The notes under the pieces are model-generated. The model was not told the DNA's origin. It made no database searches and worked only from the letters and a program-made list of their open reading frames with translations. Shown here in pieces: positions 39,989-50,700 of a stretch of 64,000 bases of DNA (within the stretch, counting starts at the first letter, position 1; each line of letters opens with the position of its first letter). Made by a program: the position numbers and the translations under genes. Source of the DNA: Rhizodiscina lignyota (taxonomy: Eukaryota); contig ML978124.1 in the NCBI GenBank assembly GCA_010015805.1, positions 620,001 through 684,000 of the forward strand, in the 5' to 3' direction.

Positions 39989-41390
39989 TCATCTTCCTCC
40001 CCAGTGTACCAGCTGTTTGTGACACGCTCCCCATCCGTTGAAGTACGGACTCCTCTCTGGGTCGCGAATACCCGCCCCTCTGGCCAGATACTCCAGCGCC
40101 ATATTTCCCCACAGCCAGCTGGCGGGCCCCTTGTCTGTATGCGTCTTGTCCCTATACAGCATGCTCATCGCTGTCACGAGGCGTCCCCACTCGAACACCT
40201 CATGTCCGTTCCTCTCTGCTACCGCACGACCAATCCGATCCAGCTCGTAGATGTTCGCATCCGTAGCATTGCTGTCCCTGTGGATGGTGATGGCCCTAAA
40301 CATCGCAGGCACATCGGCGCCAAATTCGCCATTCAGCTTCTCCGCCAGTTTCTGCATGCGCGACGCTACGAAGCGGACCTCATCCCATACGAGCTGTCGC
40401 TCGCGCGTCCCCATGACATTATCGCTGCCGTTAAAGTGTGCCTCGCCAGCCTCCCACAGAGCGCGCTGATCCCACAGCCCATTCTGCCAAAGCACCAAGT
40501 CCGGCCTGCCGTCCTTCCCTCGCACATGCTTATCTAGCATCGGCGCCCACATCGAGTTCCAGCGCTCCTCGAACGCGATCTCCTTCATATCCTTCATCCA
40601 CCACCAATCGGGTTTGTATGTGAAACTGCCGGGGAAGTGCCAATGTATAATTGTGAAATTCAACGACGGAATCTCGCAAAGCGCAGTCGTATGCGGCCCG
40701 GGCTGGCTCATCTGCCTGCCGAACTCTTCGCAGAAGAACTGCATCATGTAACGGTCGACACTGTCACCGATGATGAGGAGCCGGCGGCCCCATAGCCAGC
40801 CCATTGAGCCGTCATCTTTAACACCAAGGAAGTCCTGCGCTTTCTGCTTCTTTGCCTCAACTTCTAACGATTTCGTGCGGCGATCGTGTTCGGCCCGAGC
40901 GAGCTTCATCCATTCTTTAGGAGTGGAAGGGAGTTCGAGGAACTGCCATTCCGGCTCCGTCTGGTTGAAAAATATGTCTGCATTTTTCGGAGGTGGGTAC
41001 TCGGCGTACCATGGTGTTTCGGCGTCGAGGAACTCTGGTGTGTACGGGACCCAGCGTGTATTTTTGTAGTCGGAGGGGTCGATGTGGAGGTAGCCAGGAC
41101 GGCGGTAAGGGTCTTCGCAGTTGTAGATCTGGGGCAGGGAGGAAGAGTGTCTGTGATGTTGAGTACTATTAGCGTTTACGTGCTCTGGATGTACATGCTG
41201 GAGAATCTGCAAAAGATTGTGAGGCTTACTTGAAGTTGGAATCCCAATAATTGTGTGCTTTGTGTGCGTAGTCTAGCGATACGCTGGAAACGGCCTCTGA
41301 AAAGCTGAAGAGAAAGAGCAAAAGAACGGCAGACGTCGCAATGAAGATGACGACGCTGAGGCGCGACCGGCACACCATGGCGGAGAGCAT
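39989..41390 (-). CDS. Type II membrane SGNH/GDSL-like esterase or O-acyltransferase (CAP64-like)
   Basis: N-terminal TM exon, intron 41151-41229; catalytic-type 'IIGDSVDR', 'GLWD' and C-terminal DxxH (DKTH). Confidence 0.75.
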
Positions 41391-41977
41391 GTCGTTAAGC
41401 GAAAGAACGGAGACTTTTGGTGTACTCCCGTCGTCTCACGGAAAGGAAAAGAAGCAGTTGAATTCGTTTCGTTTACATCGTCGAGGCAAAAAGAGCGTCT
41501 GCTAGTTGGAATCCCCTAACACAACACCGCCTTCCAAATCTTGGCCTTTTGGTGGGTCTTGGGACCTTGGACGAGCAAACAGACTCGGTGCCACGCCGCT
41601 TGGCAAAAGGCGGATCAGGCGAGAGTTTGATTAAGAGCTGCAGGACGTCATTGGCCCGGGCAGATTAAACGTGGGTAAATGGACGAAGGATTCCAACCTT
41701 CAGTTGGGAAATGATAAATCAGAGCAGTAACAAGCCGCACCTCCGTCCAATCTAAAATGCGCGGTACCTTGCAGGAGAGTATCATAGCTCTTGTCGCAAA
41801 TGCTGATGGGTGGAGTGACTGCCAAAAGAGTGATGCGCAACATCGTTCAGGATGCCGGGCGGCTGGCACATCATCGTCGATGGGCGCCGGTGTGGCGCGA
41901 GGCGTCTCCTAACTTGTACGTGCTAGTTGCGGGCTGAGGAGGCGTTGCTGAAGTCAGCCGGCGTGGGCAGACCTCAT

Positions 41978-42001
41978 GGACGACCACTCGGACGACCACT
42001 C
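41978..42001. repeat. Perfect 12-bp tandem duplication (GGACGACCACTC x2)
   Basis: Read directly in the intergenic region between the SGNH and SOD genes. Confidence 0.8.
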
Positions 42002-43151
42002 GTCAATTCACATTATCCTTTCCCTCAACTTCAATGTTGACTAGATGTCATCGAATCGAGGAGGTCCTTGCAGGTGCAGAAGAAGCCCTGCGAGGCATTA
42101 GATGAAGGTGCCACGCAAGGCTGCGCGTGTCCCCTGGTCGACATGCGACCTCTGCGTGGAACATAGCGAGGTTTGCGGCTACAGTGCCACGAGCAGCATG
42201 TCCCGAGGAGTTTTGCAAAGATTCACATGGCCGAAGAGTGGGCTCGTGTGCAGAGGCTTCACTATTATACCTATCTGGCGGTTCTCAGCCTTGCAGATTC
42301 CACATTATCGTTCTGTGAAACCCAATTGGCCATTCTATTCGCCAACCCAGCCACGTTGCATTCCTCAGTCTCTAGGCCTCGTCTTCAAATCTTCTGAATA
42401 CGTCATTTCGTTGTATTCATTAAAAATTCAAGCATGTTCGATGGCAGGCAAGATCTGGTTGAGAATTAGCAAGAGCGTGCGTTCAGAGTGAAGCTGGGAA
42501 GAGCAAGGTGTCCTCCAGCATCGAAGGTTTCAAGCATGTAAGGAAACAACCAGAGGCGATTGGATCGATGTTTCACAAAATCACCACCCACCGAACGTGG
42601 CACAATCAGGGCGTTCGCCGCCAATTGACATCACCTTGAAAGTGAATTGGACTACAAACGAGTAGGCCATGGCCAGCAAGCTATAGACCAGGCAGAGCAT
42701 AAGAGCGCGCTAATGGCTGTGCGAGATTAGCTGCGAAATCGGAAGCTTGTCATGAAGAAGAGGCGCGTGCCCGCCTACCTCGTTGCCGTGGAGAGCTTGT
42801 GATCATAATTAACGCTCTGTGTTGTCCTTGCTTTGGGCTCACAAAGTGGCTGGGAGATTGCTCTTGCTTAGCGCTCTTTCCTGAAGTTTGGAGATCAACA
42901 AACGAACGCGTATTTCTTCCGCGCTTCCAAACCCGCCACTCTTTCTCTTCCTCTCCACATTCCAGTTTACATCACCGCCTTATCTGCCCGCACTCAGATA
43001 TTCCCCTCTGAAGAACCTCTCTGACACTCACTTCTCCACTTCCTGCATCTGCTACATCACGCTCTTTGACTCAGCTTCAGAGGACGCGGTATTCAGAACA
43101 CTTCTCTACCACAAATAACACAACAACCACAACAACGTTTACACCGTAAAC

Positions 43152-44400
43152 ATGCTCTTCCTCATTGCTCTTCCCTTCGTGTTCGGCGCTGTCGCCAAAG
43201 GATGGGCAACTGATGCCAAGGTCAACTGCAACAATCCTCCCGATGCGCAGTACATCGTCAACATGACTCCGTCCAAGAACGCTGGCATCGACGCGCAGAT
43301 TGTCGCGCAGACCGGCCCTGATGGTTGCACCAACTTCGTGGTCAATATCAACGGCAATCCCCCTGCTCAGGTTGCCCCGTACCGTAAGTTGTCCTGCCTT
43401 ACTCCAGAAGCTCCTCTTCGTCACGCGCTCGTAAACAGCGCCTGAGGGCATCTGCGTAAGGCCAGTTACTCTGAAAGATCTCGCAGTGTACCACATCCAC
43501 GAGCTCCCCGTTCCGTCGGATGGCAACTGCACTGCAACTCTCGGCCATCTCGATCCTTATGGCCGCGGCGAGACTCCGCCGTGTGACGCGTCTCAGCCTC
43601 AGACTTGTCAAGTTGGCGATCTGAGCGGTAAACACGGCTCCATTGCGTCTCTTCCCGGCTTCTCCGCACAGTGAGTACCTGACATTACAACACAAACATC
43701 TCCACCAAATGGCATACAGCTAACACGCCAATCCAGCTACACCGACAAATACGTTTCGCTCGTCAGCGGCAACCCATCCTTCCTCGGCAACCGCAGCATT
43801 GTGATCCACTACAACAACTTGACGCGTATTGCGTGCGCAAACTTCGAGCTTGTCAGGCAGAGCAGCCCGTCTAAGTCAGCCTCCCCTGCTTCATGTCCTC
43901 CTCCCTCCACTGTCAATTCCACCTCCACTTCCACCCCTCCATACATCATCATCCCCGGTAGTAGTGCTACTAACCCCCCTTCTTCCAGCTCTTCCTCAAG
44001 CTCTCCGTCTCTCACTACCATCACATCTACCTTCTCTTCTGTTCCTTCTGGCTCTCCCTCTCTCACTACTATCACGTCCACTATTTCCTCTGCTTCTTCT
44101 AGCTCTTCGTCCTTGACCACTCTTACCTCCACCATCAGTGGCGGCAATGGCATCGGCATCGGTCTCACCATCGGCCATCCAACTCTGAGTACTGTCACCT
44201 CGACCATCACCAGCGGCTCGAACAGTGGCAGCCTTACAACTTACGCGACGACCTTGGGCGGCACAGTCGTTACTCCGACAGGCTCTGCTGGCGCGTCCAC
44301 ATCGACAAGCACGGTTTCTGGTGGCGCTGGTGTGATCGAGACTCCCGTCCCCATGTTTGCAGGTGCTTTGGCTGTCGCAATGGTTGCTGCTGTGCTTTGA
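43152..44400 (+). CDS. Secreted GPI-anchored Cu-only superoxide dismutase (SOD5-like) with Ser/Thr stalk
   Basis: Signal peptide; 'YHIHELPVP..GNC..TLGHLDP...CQVGDLSGKHG' and 'SIVIH....RIACAN'; S/T-rich repeats; hydrophobic C-terminal GPI signal. Introns at ~43384-43477 and ~43671-43736. Confidence 0.92.
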
Positions 44401-44770
44401 GGAGTAGTTGGTCTTCCGCGCAAGACGTCATGTGACATGAAGTTGACGAATTGACGAGGCATACGCTTGGCACAGCGTTCTGGGTCTGCTTTTTGTTTTT
44501 TGGATGCGGCATTGGGAAATTGCAAGTTGTGGGTACGGAGGGGTGTGAATACCCTCTGGGTTGACTGTCCTCTTTTTCTTCCCTTTTCTCTCATCTCAAT
44601 GGGCAAACTGCCTGAATAGGCAAATAAAATAAGCCTATCAAAACTACTTGGTGCCGTGCATTTTGCAAATTGTGATCCGTGAGAGTGGCTTTGTAACTGA
44701 GTTGAATCTGCGAAAGCATTCTTGAAGGTTACTGTGCATCTCATAAAAGGTCTTCACCTGAAGTCTGGCT

Positions 44771-45195
44771 GCGTAAACAAAGCTGCCCCGAGTTGAGATA
44801 TACTGCCTCCTCATTTCTGGCTCTTAGCCAGGCTCGAGGTGACGAAACAGCTAACCATGAGGCAAGTTGTAATGCTTCGCAATACACCACTCTTACACCT
44901 CCAGGGAATTGAGAATATCTCTGAACGCTTGCTTCGAGATACTTTAGACGGTGTTTATGAAATGCAAACAGCTTCAGTATTGATAACGTATATTAAAGAC
45001 AGCTGATCGACGCCTTTGCAGTTTGATAACGGAGACGTCAACAGAGTTGCCCCAAGTTGAGATATACCGCCTCACAATTTCTCGCTCCTAGCTAGACTCG
45101 AAGTGACAAAGCAGTTAACTGGGAGACAAGCTGTAAAGCTTCGCATTAGGCCATTCCTGCACTTCGAGAAAAGTGAGGGTGGCTCTGAGAGCTTG
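44771..45195. repeat. Diverged direct repeat, two copies of ~160 bp, 264 bp apart; possible pseudogene remnant
   Basis: GCCCCGAGTTGAGATATACTGCCTC...GCTTCGCA (from 44785) aligns without gaps to GCCCCAAGTTGAGATATACCGCCTC...GCTTCGCA (from 45049). Confidence 0.85.
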
Positions 45196-45686
45196 ATATT
45201 CGCGACTGTCCTGCACGAGGCTCCAGCTTGATCGTCAGCACCGCTTTGAAAGTAAGCTCTCTGTGTTACTGGTGGAGAATTGACAAGCTATTGCCCTCTC
45301 AGTTTCCTCACCTGCGCCTTTCGAGCTCAATTTGTGGGGACCTCAGAGCTTGCAGTCGGCATGCACGCCTATTATTAGTCAAGTCCTATTTGTATGAAAT
45401 ATGATGTGTTTTGTTACCGCAAGTAATTGCAGCTTTGCTGGACTCAGGGGCACTTTCATGGAAGTTGCCACGAGTCAAGAACAGTTCAATTTGACGCGAA
45501 AAATGACTCGTATCTAACGCGTCTTAAGTTTTACCTACTCGCTTCCCATCACGCTCAGAAGACATCTACATCTCCCACCTGCTATAATAGTGCTCCGTCC
45601 GCTTTACGAACGCAATTCAGCTGGTCTATTCTCTTAGGTCGGAGCACTCTACGTCAAATATACTATCTTCTTCTCAATCCAATTCA

Positions 45687-46767
45687 ATGGCTGAAAGCGC
45701 GTTGAGAAAACGAAAGCGAACGCAATCGAGCGCTGGAATCAATCAGTATACGCACTGGAGCATATTCGACATCGTAGATCGACTGCATAAGCAAGTTGAT
45801 GTCACAAGAATTAATGCGGAGAAGAACCATCTCGACGTCGAAGCGGAGCTATCTAGATTCGAAACCCAGATCGAAGGGGCGATCAACTGGATGCAGGCGG
45901 ATCTCGCTCGTGCGCGTGAAGAAAGAGCCACAGTCCGAAAGAAAGAGCATGATGATGACTGGTTTATACGCAGCGTGGAGCCGTGTGGACCCGAGTTGGA
46001 GCATGTTGAAGAGGTGGTGAGGACGGAGGTTAGTGCTTTCAAGATCTGTATGAACACCAGACGACTTACTTATCCGGGAGCAGTTTACAGGGCAACGTCT
46101 TCGCAATGGAGCGGGTCCCTGTCGCTGCACGAATGGTTCTTGCAATAACTGTGCCTGTAGCAAATGGGGCAAGCCTTGCGGACTATCATGTGGTTGCCCT
46201 CAATGGTGCAGAAATCCTTTCAACGGGGTTCTCCGAATGCTATTCCGATCAATACCAAATGTCCCTTTGGAATTCAGTCCCTGCTTCACAACGTATGTTT
46301 TGAAGCGAATCGTACGACAAGAGTTCCGAGTCGAAAGATGGGAGTTTATATGTAAGATCTTCGGTCAGGGCATATACTATCAACCTCCCACATGTCCAAA
46401 GGGCGACATTTTTGCGTATCACAAAGATCTTAAGGCATGGAAAAAGAAATGGCGCAAAATGTCGGAGGCATCCGAAGAACAGAAAAATAAAGCATTGGAT
46501 AAGATTATCAGATACGCTGTCACACCAAAAGGAGGCTACTTCTTCTCGTTCTGTCGGTCGAGCTGGGAGTCAACAAATCGTACTAAGCACTGCTGGGCGT
46601 GCAAAAAATGTGTGGACTGGCAGGAATGGCACTGTCAAAACTGTGACAAATGCCGTTATGGCTTGTCCACTCCATGCAAGAGATGCGGTGGTGTCTCTGA
46701 CAGTTATCGATCCAACACTGATATTCCCGGGACAGATGATGATATGTTTTGGGAATCGGAATGGTGA
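45687..46767 (+). CDS. Protein with coiled coil, tesmin/TSO1-like CXC domain and C-terminal Cys/His zinc-binding domain (~341 aa)
   Basis: Phase-0 intron 46029-46083 reveals CRCTNGSCNNCACSKWGKPCGLSCGCPQWCRN. C-terminal HCWACKKC..WHCQNCDKC...PCKRC; N-terminal basic NLS-like RKRKR. Confidence 0.75.
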
Positions 46768-46897
46768 TATTCAACCTGCGGATTCGGATGATAGTGGTGT
46801 GCGCAGTGGCCGTTTAGAAACCATGCCTGAAGTGCTTGGTTAAATCCTTTCGGTGTATGTATACTTGTTCTAGTTTACTCTCCAGATAGCTGGTCCG

Positions 46898-48190
46898 TTA
46901 TACCCATCGAACTCGAACGCTTTCTGGTGGTATGCTCGGAAGAAAATCAATCGCTCGCTTGCGCTCGAGTATGCGCTGCGTCTCTTCCAGTCCTATTATA
47001 AATCCCACCTTTTCAATTTCATCCAGGCCCGCGACTTTAGCCATCCAGCCCTTGAATATCTTCTGCATTTCCTTGCGACTCCACCCATGTTCATCCTCAT
47101 GACCAGTTGGAGGAGCGCTGTCAAAAACCTTGAGTCTCTCCAGACTCTTGTTCAATCCCTTGTTGTGCTCTTCCACGCGGTCAAGGTGAGGAGAGGACGA
47201 ATCCGTCGCTCGCTGGGACCAGTCTGGATGGTCCCTCTCGCGAATCGCCTCAACCAGATTTCTGGCATCCTCCTCGACCGTTTCGAACACGACCTGCTGG
47301 TAAAGAGAAAATGTCACTGGGAAGCGCAAGCCGTCTTCGAACGCGGCTTCGCCTTCCCACCATTCCGCAACAAATCTCTCTCTCTTTTGAATGACCTCAT
47401 CCCGATCCCTCTTGCAAGCCAGAGTCTTGTCCTCGCACGCCTCAAGGTAGCGCATATGGATGTCGCTCGTCCACTCTTTCCCAAATGAAATGATTGCCCG
47501 ACAAAGAAATAGTCTGTACTTGGTGGAGGTACAGTAGGATATGACGTTGAGCTCCTGATCATCATTGCAGAACATGGCGAGGCGGGTGACCCATAGAGGC
47601 TGTCCTGAGGCATGTCTCTGTGGTAAATATTGCCACCGCTCCATATGCGCGTGGATCAAGCATTCCAGTCGGGTATCGGAAACAAACTCGCGCCAACATA
47701 GAAGATACCTGTGTTCCGTAATCTGGACTCCCATAGTTTAAAGAGCAGTCTCATACCTTATAGGGCCAGAGAATTCGCGGTATTCGGGGTATTCGTCGAC
47801 AAAAAGATGGTTATAGCGCCTACAGTGCCTGTCTGCAGTTTCCTCTGATGCAGTATCAACATATTCCAGTGCCAAAAAGGCTGACTCTTTCTCCTCCTCG
47901 CCTTCAAGGCCCTGCGCCCAGATATCTTGCTTCACCAGTAGCCACTTAAGTGGCTTCAACGCGTCCAAAGCGGTGTCAGCCTCCTCCATCGAAGGATTTT
48001 CCACACCGTGTTTGTGTTTCAAGTACAGCCGCATTGCAAGCTTAGCATAGTGTTCGCGCTGCGTCGTGGTAGAGCACCTTTCGCGGGCAGTATTTGATAA
48101 AGCTTCCAATCTGGCAAGCCTCTCCTCCCTCTCACGCGTAACGAAACCTGTTAATTCTCCCGGTAATTCAGCACGTTCTTCAGGATCCAT
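46898..48190 (-). CDS. Hypothetical protein
   Basis: Two long ORFs (from MDPEERAELP) joined by a GTATGA...ACAG intron at ~47709-47757; no motif recognised. Confidence 0.65.
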
Positions 48191-48788
48191 GTTGTATTTT
48201 CGGGTGTTGGAAGAGCTTGTAAGATGAAGAAGTTCGAAGGCTAAGAGATCCATGCTACTGGTTGTTTGGGGCTTCCGCGGTAGGCAACAACACATCTCAT
48301 CTGGCGACAACACGTCAGTGGCTGAAGCATTGTGAAGACCAAGCCCCACAAGTAAGCGCAATTAAGATGAATGGCATCCGCTCACCGCTAAATGCAGCCA
48401 CCGCACACAAGTGCACTCTACTCTTTTGGGTGTTCTATGAGCTTTACGAAATTCACGCGAATATGTAGTTGGAGAGTTGAACCAGAATCACTGAGAGAAG
48501 CTTGAGAATTATTCAAGGCGCCGAAAGACACCGGGCAATTTCTAAATTGCCATAATATCCACAATAAGTATCCCGTCAAAGACGCAATGCCGTACAGAGG
48601 GCGTCTAGTGGAACTGCAGTCGCACTTGTATGAAGACAAAAGTCCGGCCTTCTAATAATCCATGCTTCTGTTGAAAACACCAGCTTGAAAAGACAATATC
48701 CGCCCTAGTCCTGTACATATTAAAGCACAAAAGCCACTCTTACCCTCATCCCAGCATTAATATCTAAGCTCGGCGCGTTGCGAAACGA

Positions 48789-50450
48789 TCAGCCGTACCA
48801 CCCTGTGCGACTGACCTCACTGTTCTCCGACTCTCTATGCGGGATCAACGGTTCTTTGATATCAAACAATTCGATCAGCTGCTGCCAGCGCGGGTAATCG
48901 AGCGATATGATGGCTTGACGTTTCGTCACCTTGTCGGCGCGTTGCTGCTCCACTGTGCGTTGCTCTCGTACGGCGCCTGGGAAATGTTATCATTACTTGC
49001 GGTTTCTTTCTAGTCTTGCTCAGAACGTTGAAGGGGAACTTACGAACTAAAGGGAGCCCATTCTCATCAGCGAAAATCGCGGCATGCCCATCCTTGATCA
49101 AGAACGCCACATAGAACAAGTTTTCTACGCTTTGTCCGAAGCTGTTCGGGTTGATCGCAAACTCAAACAACGGTATTCCGGGCTGCAGTTCCGCGCCTCT
49201 CCCAAGATGAACCTTTTTGCAGAGCTCTATGATCTCCTCCTCGGATTTGTCCTGTTCCAGAGCCTCTTCGACCAGTGCGACTCCGTCATCTTCAATATCC
49301 TGCAGACGCTTGCGGATCTTGCCGCACAGAGCCGTCAGGTTATTATTCTCTTGAGTCGCGAGATCCTCCGTCCTGAGCTGCTGTGGTCGTGCCACAGGCT
49401 GCTCTGGCGCGTTTCGCGCGGTGCGCTGTGTTCGCTGAGTTTGAGCCCTGGCGCGTTTTTGAACGCTGAGAGGGCCGAGGAGGAAGGATGGTACTGGCGG
49501 TCGCTTGTTGGATGGGAAGCATGCGCGGGCACCAAGGATGTGCCAGGGTAGGGCGTCACCATTTTCATCGCCCGCTTCATCGTCGGAATCTGCCTGACGG
49601 CGCTGATGAGAGGTGCGTCGTCGTTGCGTTGGGCGGACTTCCTCGTCCTCTTCATCAGCTTCATTCGATGATTCAGCTGAGCGTCTAGGACGGCCACCGT
49701 TCCGCATGAAGGAGACGCATTTGGAGACGAAATTGTCAAGGTCAATGCCTGCAGAGTTATCACCGGCAGCTCTCGCTTTCCTGAGGGCGAACTCGGAAAC
49801 ATGAACAAGGAAGCGCGAGTCGATTGTCGCGTCGGCTGTCTGGCGGACTTTCTTCATGTTGTCGTTTGACTTCTTGACCATGTCGATGATCTCGTCGTTT
49901 CCACCGGCAAACAGTTCGTCTTTGCGCTCTGGAGATCGGGATGTTAGGTCAGACCAAGCACGACAGCGATTCCAATACTTTATGGGGGATAAGATTACAT
50001 ACCGTGAAAATTGCGAATGTTGTCGCGCATGCGCGTTCGTACTCTGCGGCGCTCATCGTCGTCCTGTTCAGGATCGTAGAACTCCCTGCTCTCATCGCCG
50101 TCATATCTGCTCTCAGAATCCTCCGTTCTGGTATCCTGAGCGCGCTCACTGACGACTGATTGGCTTCTCGAGCCTTGTTCTTCTAATCGGCGCCGTTTGG
50201 TCCCCCTCTGCTCAGACATGGCTGGTCGCGGGGGAGGTGCCATAGGAGCTTTGCCTTTGTTTACGCGCACAGATGCAATATCTGGCGTCTCTTGATTTTC
50301 CTTATCGGACGAGGCTGGAGGCGACGGCGATAAAGTCGCTTGAGTGCTGCGCCGCGGTGTTGGATCAGGCGTGGCAGACACAAAACCATCGTACACAGAT
50401 GATCGAATGCTCGGACTGGGCGATGGATGGATTTTGTTAAGACGCGCCAT
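48789..50450 (-). CDS. NSE4: Smc5/6 complex kleisin subunit Nse4
   Basis: 'YDPEQ..ERRRVR', 'VRQTADATIDSRFLV', 'LFEFAINPNSFGQSVENLFYVAFLIKDG', C-terminal 'IKEPLIPHR'; two introns. Confidence 0.93.
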
Positions 50451-50700
50451 ACTGCGCGAATTGGCGAGTATTGAGGTTGGGATTGAGGATAGAGTTGTCG
50501 TTGCAAGAAAGTTGGCTGTTCTGCGACGCACATGAAGCGCGACAAGGCGTCAGCGCACAGGCCATCGCGATGAGGGACCTATGAGGTGAAGACCCAGGGA
50601 TGCCCTGGTTGCATGTGCCAAGAACCATTCTCCAAGCATGTCGAGGCAGCGTGAGAGGATGGCAGCAGCAGAGGAAGATCAAGATGAAGCAGAAGATCCC

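Noticed and set aside
41207..41229. Apparent 23-nt micro-intron in the SGNH gene
   Set aside because: A proper GCTAAT branch point and ACAG acceptor further on give a normal 79-nt intron (41151-41229) that keeps the frame.
30074..41390. Secondary-metabolite cluster (two P450s, membrane proteins, DUF1264, esterase; all on the minus strand)
   Set aside because: No PKS, NRPS, terpene synthase, RiPP precursor with KR-flanked repeats, or cluster transcription factor is visible. Co-orientation alone is not evidence.
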